Positions 57,710-64,000 of a stretch of 64,000 nucleotides of DNA are shown piece after piece. The notes under the pieces are model-generated. The model was not told where the DNA came from. It made no database searches and saw nothing but the letters and a program-made list of their open reading frames with translations. A program made the position numbers and the translations under genes. Source of the DNA: an uncultured Aliarcobacter sp. (lineage in GTDB: Bacteria > Campylobacterota > Campylobacteria > Campylobacterales > Arcobacteraceae). The stretch is taken from NCBI GenBank assembly GCA_963664305.2, contig CAXXLV010000002.1, forward strand, positions 224,001 through 288,000, written 5' to 3'. Each line of letters starts with the position of its first letter. Positions within the stretch are counted from its first letter, which is position 1.

Positions 57710-60195
57710 TATTTTTTCTCCTTAATTTTGTCAAAAGGTTTAAATATTAGTAATAATTTTGGAAGTAGTAATAAATCTGCAAGTAATACTGTAAACATTG
57801 TAACAACAGTTAATAATCCAAAATATATTGTTGGAATTAGATTTGATAAAACTAAAATTGAAAAACCAATAATTATTACTAAAGAAGTATAGTACATCGC
57901 ATAACCAATACTTTGATGAGATCTTCTCATTGCATTTATATAGTTATGGTCAACTTTAAACTCTTCTTTAAATCTATGAATAAAGTGAATTGTATCATCA
58001 ACACCAATTCCAATAGCAATTGCTGCAATTGTAATAGTCATAATATCCAAAGGAATATTTAACCATCCCATAATACCAAATATAGCTGATATTGGTATTA
58101 TGTTTGCAAGTATTGCAATAGTTGCAAGTTTTAAAGTTCTAAATAAAATCAGGAACATTATAAATAAAACAATAATTGTAAATCCTAATGTAGAAATTTG
58201 AGATTCAAATAAAGATTGAAGCATATTATTATATAAAACCATTAGATTTGAAAGTCTAAAAGTAGTCTCTTTATTTTTAATAATATCTCTTAAATCACTG
58301 TTTATTTTATTGATTAAATCATTTCTTCTTAAATCTGGATTTGAATCCATAATTCTCATTGTAATTCTTGCTTCATTTTTATCGATATTAATAAATGGAG
58401 AAAGTATTAAGGTTTTATATTTTTCTGGGAACTGATTGTATAGTAAAGCTAATGTTATACCATCTAAAGATTTTCCATTATTAAGAGATTGACCAATTTT
58501 TAAAAGTGTAGCTAAAGATTGAACTTTTCCAACTTCTGGAATAGTTTCCAAGTAGTTATGAACAGCTGTAATTGTGTCCATTTTATCTTGACTAAACCAA
58601 TATTGTTTGTCATCTGCTGTTTTTGCAAATTCATTTTCAAAATCATCAAATTCATCAGTTGAATTTTTAGTTATTTGTGGTTTTGGTTCATCTTTAAATT
58701 TGATGATAATATCAAGAGGAGTAGTTCCTCCTAAATTTTCATCAATAACTTTCATACCTTTATAAATATCTGTTGATTGTTTAAAATAGCTAATAAAACT
58801 ATTTTCAACAAGAAGTTTTAATGCTCCTGTTGTTGAAAAAACAATAACTAAAATTGTTGTAATAATTATAGCTTTACTGTGATATTCAACAATATCTGAT
58901 GATTTTGCAATGAATGAAAACTTTTTATTTTTTTGTTCATGTTCATCTTTTTTATTCATTAGAATCAATAGAGCAGGGAAAGTTATAAACGCTAAAAATA
59001 AAGATATCGCAATACCTGTACTCATCATAAGACCAAGATTTATAACTGGTTCAATATTTGATAAAACAAGTGAGCCAAAACCAATTACTGTTGTAATAAT
59101 TGCAAAAAATGAAGGATTGAATTTTGACAATACAGTATTGATTATAAGTTTATATTGGCTTGCATTTTTATATTTTACGTTTAATTCTCTATATCTTACA
59201 ATTAAATGTAGAACTATTGAAATAGTGATGATTAATTGTAATGCTATAAAGTTTGAAGATATTACAGTTACTTCCCATCCAAATAATCCTAAAAGTCCTG
59301 CTGTTGAAACTACTGAAATTAAACATACAAATAGAGGTAAAACAATCCATCTAATATGTCTAAAAATATACCAAAGTATAAAAATTAAAATAGCAAGTAA
59401 ACCAGAACCATAGATGATTAAATCATTTTTTACATAGCCAACAATATCGCTAGCTATCATATTTACACCACCAAGAAATATTTTTGCTTCACCTTGATAG
59501 TTTTTTATAATATCTCTTATATTTTCAATCTCTTGGGCTTCTTGTACTCTTAAAATATCTCTATAATCTTTAAACTCTAAAATAGCCTTTTTTAATTCAT
59601 CTTTTTCTTCTTTAGAGATAGTTTTATCTTTTTCTTTTTTTAATAAAGCATTTCTTTTTTCTAAAAGCTCAAAATATTTTGTATCAGTTTTTAGATTTAA
59701 AATAATTGCTGTTGTTTTAAAATCACTACTTACAAGTGAGTTTGAATATAAAGGTGAGTGTAACAACTCATTTTTAACAAGATTTGTATCAAACTCTTTT
59801 GTTTCAAGTGAATCAACTCCTTCAACTAAATCAGAAATAGGACGAATAGGAGATTGAAGTAAAGGTACATTTAAAATAGAAGTAATACTTTCAACATTTT
59901 TTACTTTTAAAAAATCATCAGATATATTTTTGATAATTTTCAAATTTTTTTGTGATAGAAGGTCTTCATTTTTTGGAGAAAAAGTAACTACTAAAAAATC
60001 AGAATTGTCATAAGTCTTATTTACTTCTCTAAAAAATTGTAAATCTTTATCATCTTCTAAAAGTAAAGTTTCTGCAGATGCATCTATTTCAAGCTTTGTG
60101 GCATAGTAGCCCAAAGTTGAAACAAATAACATTAAAAGAGTAAGAACAATTAATGGATACTTTAAAATTAAAGTATCATAGATTTTTTTTAACAT
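57709..60195 (-). CDS. MMPL/RND-family transporter
   Basis: Two repeats of TM + large periplasmic loop + five TM; GIGVDDTIH motif. Confidence 0.88.
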   Translation of the reverse strand: MLKKIYDTLILKYPLIVLTLLMLFVSTLGYYATKLEIDASAETLLLEDDKDLQFFREVNKTYDNSDFLVVTFSPKNEDLLSQKNLKIIKNISDDFLKVKNVESITSILNVPLLQSPIRPISDLVEGVDSLETKEFDTNLVKNELLHSPLYSNSLVSSDFKTTAIILNLKTDTKYFELLEKRNALLKKEKDKTISKEEKDELKKAILEFKDYRDILRVQEAQEIENIRDIIKNYQGEAKIFLGGVNMIASDIVGYVKNDLIIYGSGLLAILIFILWYIFRHIRWIVLPLFVCLISVVSTAGLLGLFGWEVTVISSNFIALQLIITISIVLHLIVRYRELNVKYKNASQYKLIINTVLSKFNPSFFAIITTVIGFGSLVLSNIEPVINLGLMMSTGIAISLFLAFITFPALLILMNKKDEHEQKNKKFSFIAKSSDIVEYHSKAIIITTILVIVFSTTGALKLLVENSFISYFKQSTDIYKGMKVIDENLGGTTPLDIIIKFKDEPKPQITKNSTDEFDDFENEFAKTADDKQYWFSQDKMDTITAVHNYLETIPEVGKVQSLATLLKIGQSLNNGKSLDGITLALLYNQFPEKYKTLILSPFINIDKNEARITMRIMDSNPDLRRNDLINKINSDLRDIIKNKETTFRLSNLMVLYNNMLQSLFESQISTLGFTIIVLFIMFLILFRTLKLATIAILANIIPISAIFGIMGWLNIPLDIMTITIAAIAIGIGVDDTIHFIHRFKEEFKVDHNYINAMRRSHQSIGYAMYYTSLVIIIGFSILVLSNLIPTIYFGLLTVVTMFTVLLADLLLLPKLLLIFKPFDKIKEKK

Positions 60196-60196
60196 C

Positions 60197-60784
60197 TTAT
60201 TTTTCTAGTAAAGCTAACATTTCATCAAATGTTTTTTCTTTTAATAAGCCTGAAAATTGTTGTCTATATGTTTGAATGATACTAACCCCAACTAAATCAA
60301 CATCATAAATTAACCACTCTTCATTATCTTTAGATTTATTATAAAAATTATAGTTAATTTTATAAATTCCATCTTTACCTAAAAGTTCAGTTTCTAGCTG
60401 TAATCTTGTGTTGTTATATGGTTTTAATCCAATAATTTTTACTTTTTGATCATTATAAAGTTCTAGTTTTTCAATATATGATTTTTTTAATTTATTTTCA
60501 AAAACTTTTGTAAATTGTTTTTGTTTTTCAGGTGTTAATGTACTCCAAGTCTCTTTTCCTAATGCAATTTTTGCCATTAATTCATAATCAAAAACATCAT
60601 CAATAATTTTGATAATTTCATCACCTTTTTGTGCAAAAGTTTTGTCTTTTTTTTCTAAAATTTGTAAAACATTATCAATTTTTTTTGTCATTTCTTGTTG
60701 AATTTCATCTTGTTTTAAAGCATTTGCATAAGAAAATGTAACTGCTAATAACAATAAAAATTTAATAAAACTTTTTTTAATCAT
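60197..60784 (-). CDS. mlaC: MlaC/Ttg2D-family periplasmic lipid-binding protein
   Basis: FDYELMAKIALG..W and W.IYDV...GVSII..YRQQF motifs. Confidence 0.87.
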   Translation of the reverse strand: MIKKSFIKFLLLLAVTFSYANALKQDEIQQEMTKKIDNVLQILEKKDKTFAQKGDEIIKIIDDVFDYELMAKIALGKETWSTLTPEKQKQFTKVFENKLKKSYIEKLELYNDQKVKIIGLKPYNNTRLQLETELLGKDGIYKINYNFYNKSKDNEEWLIYDVDLVGVSIIQTYRQQFSGLLKEKTFDEMLALLEK

Positions 60785-60787
60785 CTA

Positions 60788-61531
60788 TTATTCCTCTATT
60801 TGTCTTTTTCTTGCTTGTGAATAAATATCTCTTAAGAATGGATATAAATCTAAAGCATCTTTTTTAATTGTTTCATATTGATCTGGATTTAATGAAGTGT
60901 TATTTACTACATCAAATGTTTTGATTCCTACTTCTTCTAACACAGTATTTGGAATTTTGTAATCAATTGCATCTTCTCCTGCTCTACTTAGAGGTGATAC
61001 AAAACTATCTCCTGCAAAACCAACCATATCTCTTAAATTAGATGGGCCTAAGAAAGGTAAAACAACAGGAACTCCTTCACCAACTCCATAAAAACCTAAT
61101 GTTTGTCCAAAGTCTTCTTCGTGTGCTTTTATGTTTAATTCAGAAGTCGCTAAATCCATAAATCCACCAAGTCCCCAAAGAGTATTTATTAAAAATCTTT
61201 CTAATTCTTCAAGTGAATTTTTAAATTTTAGTTGTAATAAATTGTTTGTAAATCTTACAGGAAACATTATATTATTGAAAAAATTATCTATTCCTGTTCT
61301 TGCAGTTTCAGGTACTACATAAGCATAACCTTTTGAAACAGGTACTAATACATTGATATAAACTTTATCATTAAATGTAGTCATAAGTCTATTATATCCA
61401 CTTAATGGGTCAAATATTTCTTCTGTTTTATTTGAAAACTCTGAATCAAATTCTTGTGAAAAATCATCATTATTAGTTTCATTAGCAAAACTTAAAATTG
61501 CGAATATTAATATAAAAATAATTTTTTTCAA
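60788..61531 (-). CDS. mlaA: MlaA/VacJ-family protein
   Basis: DPLSGYNR, RFLINT.WGLGG, EDFGQTLG and LPFLGPSNLRD motifs; TTG start. Confidence 0.9.
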   Translation of the reverse strand: MKKIIFILIFAILSFANETNNDDFSQEFDSEFSNKTEEIFDPLSGYNRLMTTFNDKVYINVLVPVSKGYAYVVPETARTGIDNFFNNIMFPVRFTNNLLQLKFKNSLEELERFLINTLWGLGGFMDLATSELNIKAHEEDFGQTLGFYGVGEGVPVVLPFLGPSNLRDMVGFAGDSFVSPLSRAGEDAIDYKIPNTVLEEVGIKTFDVVNNTSLNPDQYETIKKDALDLYPFLRDIYSQARKRQIEE

Positions 61532-61703
61532 ATTGAATCCTTTTTGTGATAAACAAGAATTATATTGAAATTTTGTGGAAATAATCTTTAAGCATTATTT
61601 TTTATATACAAATAGTTTTTATTTTGAGCATTTATTTATAAACATATTATCACAAACTTGCTATAATCAGCGAAAAATTTTGAAAAATAAATTGGGAGTG
61701 ATT

Positions 61704-62414
61704 ATGGGAAGAGCCTTTGAATATAGAAAAGCGGCTAAAATGAAAAGATGGGGAAATATGTCAAGAGTTTTCCCAAAACTTGCACGTGCTATTGAAGTAG
61801 CAGCAAAATCAGGAGTTCCAGATCCAGAAATGAACTCAGCTCTTAGAACAGCTATTTTAAATGCAAAAGCTGAAAATATGCCAAAAGCAAATATTGATGC
61901 AGCTATAAAAAGAGCAAGTGGTAAAGATGCAGCAAACTTTTCCGAAGTAAATTTTGAAGGAAAAGGTCCTCATGGAGTTTTAGTGTTTGTTGAAACAGCA
62001 ACAGATAACAACACAAGAACAGTTGCAAATATTAAAATGTATTTTAATAAAACACAAGGTCAAGTTGTTCCTACTGGTTCTTTAGAATTTTTCTTTGATA
62101 GAAAAGCAATTTTTGAATTTAATAAACCAAGTAATTATGAACTTGAAGATTTAGAAATGGAATTAATAGATGCTGGACTAGAAGAACTTGAAGAAGAAGA
62201 TGGTTTATGTTTAGCTTATGCTAATTATACTGACTTTGGAAATATGAATAATAAGTTTGAAGAGTTAGGTATTCCTTTAACTAAAGCAGAATTAAAAAGA
62301 ATTCCAAACAATCCTCAAGAGTTTACTGAAGCTCAACAAGAAGATATTGGTAAATTAATTGAAAAGCTTGAAGATGATGATGATGTTCAAGCTGTTTATA
62401 CAAATATAGCTTAA
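61704..62414 (+). CDS. yebC: YebC/PmpR-family protein
   Basis: MGRAFEY start after GGAG; NMPK.NI..AI, EGKGPHG, TDNNTRT and LEDDDDVQ.VY.N motifs. Confidence 0.92.
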   Translation: MGRAFEYRKAAKMKRWGNMSRVFPKLARAIEVAAKSGVPDPEMNSALRTAILNAKAENMPKANIDAAIKRASGKDAANFSEVNFEGKGPHGVLVFVETATDNNTRTVANIKMYFNKTQGQVVPTGSLEFFFDRKAIFEFNKPSNYELEDLEMELIDAGLEELEEEDGLCLAYANYTDFGNMNNKFEELGIPLTKAELKRIPNNPQEFTEAQQEDIGKLIEKLEDDDDVQAVYTNIA

Positions 62415-62440
62415 TTAAATAGAGAAACTTCTCTATTTAA
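62415..62440. terminator. Bidirectional terminator-like hairpin
   Basis: TTAAATAGAGA-AACT-TCTCTATTTAA between convergent stops. Confidence 0.6.
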
Positions 62441-63261
62441 TATAACTTTTCTCCTAGTAAATTACTCGTATTTTCTTTCGTTGGACTACTTTTTTGAAGT
62501 ATAGTTGGATTATTTTTCATTTTTAAAATTAGTGCTTTAATGTCATTTATTCTTGTTGTTGAACTTGGATGTGTTGAGAAAAATTCAATTGTTTCATTTT
62601 TCCCTTGAGACATATTTTCCCAAAATTTTAAAGCTTCATCAAGATCGTATCCTGCTTGTGCCATTAAGTATATTCCAATTTCATCAGCCTCACTCTCTTG
62701 CATTCTTCCATAAGGAAGCATAACTCCTACTTGTGAACCAATTCCATAAGTTTGATTAAATAAGTTTTGATATTGAGGTGCTGTAACTCCTAATGCAATA
62801 TTTCCAACAACTCCAATTCCTTGTTGAACCATCGATGCACTCATTCTTTCTGCTCCATGACGAGCAAGAGCATGGGCAATTTCATGTGATATTACTGTAG
62901 CTAATTGGTCATCATTTTTAGCAACTTTTAGAATTCCTGTGTAAACAACAACTTTTCCACCAGGTAAACAAAAGGCATTTTGGCTGTCATTTTCAACTAA
63001 ATTAAATTCCCAGTTAAAATCATCTCTATTTGCAACTTTTGCTATTCTTTGACCAATATTGTTAATTCTATTAGCATCTTTTGTTCCAACAATAACTTTT
63101 GAAGTTGAAAGTGCATCTTTATAAGATTTTTCTCCTAAAGCTAGTTCTTCTTTTGGTGACATAAAAATCATTTGAGATCTATTTGTATATGGTGTTTTTG
63201 CTGTACACCCAATGAGTATTAAACCACTTAAACTAAGTAAAAAAGTTTTTTGAAGTTTCAT
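62437..63261 (-). CDS. M48-family Zn metallopeptidase lipoprotein
   Basis: Lipobox LIGC, NAFCLPGG, HEIAH, ESEAD and STHP motifs. Confidence 0.92.
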   Translation of the reverse strand: MKLQKTFLLSLSGLILIGCTAKTPYTNRSQMIFMSPKEELALGEKSYKDALSTSKVIVGTKDANRINNIGQRIAKVANRDDFNWEFNLVENDSQNAFCLPGGKVVVYTGILKVAKNDDQLATVISHEIAHALARHGAERMSASMVQQGIGVVGNIALGVTAPQYQNLFNQTYGIGSQVGVMLPYGRMQESEADEIGIYLMAQAGYDLDEALKFWENMSQGKNETIEFFSTHPSSTTRINDIKALILKMKNNPTILQKSSPTKENTSNLLGEKLY

Positions 63262-63264
63262 TTT

Positions 63265-64000
63265 TTATCCTTGTTTTAAAAAATTTAAAATATAAATAAA
63301 TAAATCATTTGTATTTTTATCTGTAACAATTACATGATTTTTTGCTTCAATCAAATGTAAAGTTTTATACCTTGATTGAATATTTTCAAAGATTTCATGA
63401 GCTGAACTTGGATTTACAACTGGGTCATCTTTTCCTTGAATTATTAATATAGGTTTTTTGATTTTAGGCAGAATTTTTTTTGTTTTATTCATAAGTAAAT
63501 TTAACTGCTCAATTGAATCAATATAATGTTTTTTATAATTGATATCTGGGTTTTCTGGAAAATTATCTACATACTCTTTTGTGTATTTTTCTTCATGAAA
63601 AACTTTAACAATATCATTCCAAAATGAAATTGCTGGAAGTAGAGTTTTTATTCTCATATCATTTAAGTGAAGCGCTGCATTTATACAAATAACACTTACA
63701 AACTCTTTGTATTGTTTTTTTGTACTTAAAAGTGCAAGTAATCCACCTGTCGAAAAACCTACAATAAAAATTTTTTTATATTGTAAAGAAGCAATTATTA
63801 TAGACCTTGAAATAGATTTATACCAATCTTGCCAAGTTTTTGTTTTTAAATCTTCTGGTGCTGTTCCATGACCTGCTAATCTTGGTGTTTGAACATTAAA
63901 ATTATTTTCATTTAAAAATAGTGCTAATTTTTCCATCTCTTTTGGTGCTGCTCCAAAACCATGAATTGCAATAACACAACTATTTGAATCTTTTGTTTCA
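63265..64000 (-). CDS. Alpha/beta hydrolase (carboxylesterase-like), 3' part (starts beyond window)
   Basis: Frame stays open to the window edge (ETKDSNSCVIAIHGFGAAPKEM...); GHG, GFSTGG nucleophile, GKDDPVV and H. Confidence 0.85.
   Translation of the reverse strand, partial: ETKDSNSCVIAIHGFGAAPKEMEKLALFLNENNFNVQTPRLAGHGTAPEDLKTKTWQDWYKSISRSIIIASLQYKKIFIVGFSTGGLLALLSTKKQYKEFVSVICINAALHLNDMRIKTLLPAISFWNDIVKVFHEEKYTKEYVDNFPENPDINYKKHYIDSIEQLNLLMNKTKKILPKIKKPILIIQGKDDPVVNPSSAHEIFENIQSRYKTLHLIEAKNHVIVTDKNTNDLFIYILNFLKQG

Noticed and set aside
58910..59413. 167-aa plus-strand ORF (and similar short ORFs at 581, 1651, 9531, 10300, 13746, 14286, 14464, 14797, 15379, 17149, 17625, 21306, 25832, 27605, 29328, 32880, 33853, 34906, 35630, 36787, 37306, 40023, 44023, 48833, 49928, 54096, 61131)
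   Set aside because: Antisense or off-frame shadows overlapping well-supported genes, with no motifs.
1..64000. CRISPR array, prophage, IS element or rRNA
   Set aside because: No regularly spaced repeats and no integrase, transposase, phage or rRNA-like sequence recognised by eye; a computational repeat search was not possible.

Overview
Very AT-rich chromosomal window, most consistent with a Campylobacterota (Arcobacteraceae-like) genome; this is inferred from gene content, the tRNA-Sec shape and an intrinsic OXA gene. The first ~18 kb is a selenium/formate locus. It holds the 5' part of selA, tRNA-Sec (selC, anticodon UCA) and selD, followed by a full formate dehydrogenase operon. Both selD and fdhA carry an in-frame UGA (selenocysteine) that the ORF track truncates or splits. 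Inside the locus are a Tat-exported transglutaminase-like/MerT-like/MerP-like operon with no merA or merR, and a binding protein + kinase + atypical regulator + fluoroacetate-dehalogenase-like operon. A Cys-rich duplicated protein and a degenerate NifS-like protein follow fdhD. Next come an autotransporter with a two-component system, fccAB sulfide dehydrogenase, dinB, RNase H, a NIT-domain chemoreceptor, ycaO, a DEAD-box helicase and blaOXA. The rest includes DNA-repair genes, glyA, a BCCT transporter, an NdvB-like glucan synthase, a dsb cluster, a mlaA-mlaC-MMPL operon and yebC. Signals absent from the ORF track include a candidate anti-Shine-Dalgarno sRNA (~56960-57070), two small ORFs, an intragenic terminator in dsbB, a Fur-like box and SECIS hairpins. 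I recognised no CRISPR array, transposase, integrase or rRNA. All product calls come from motif recognition by eye, not from database searches.
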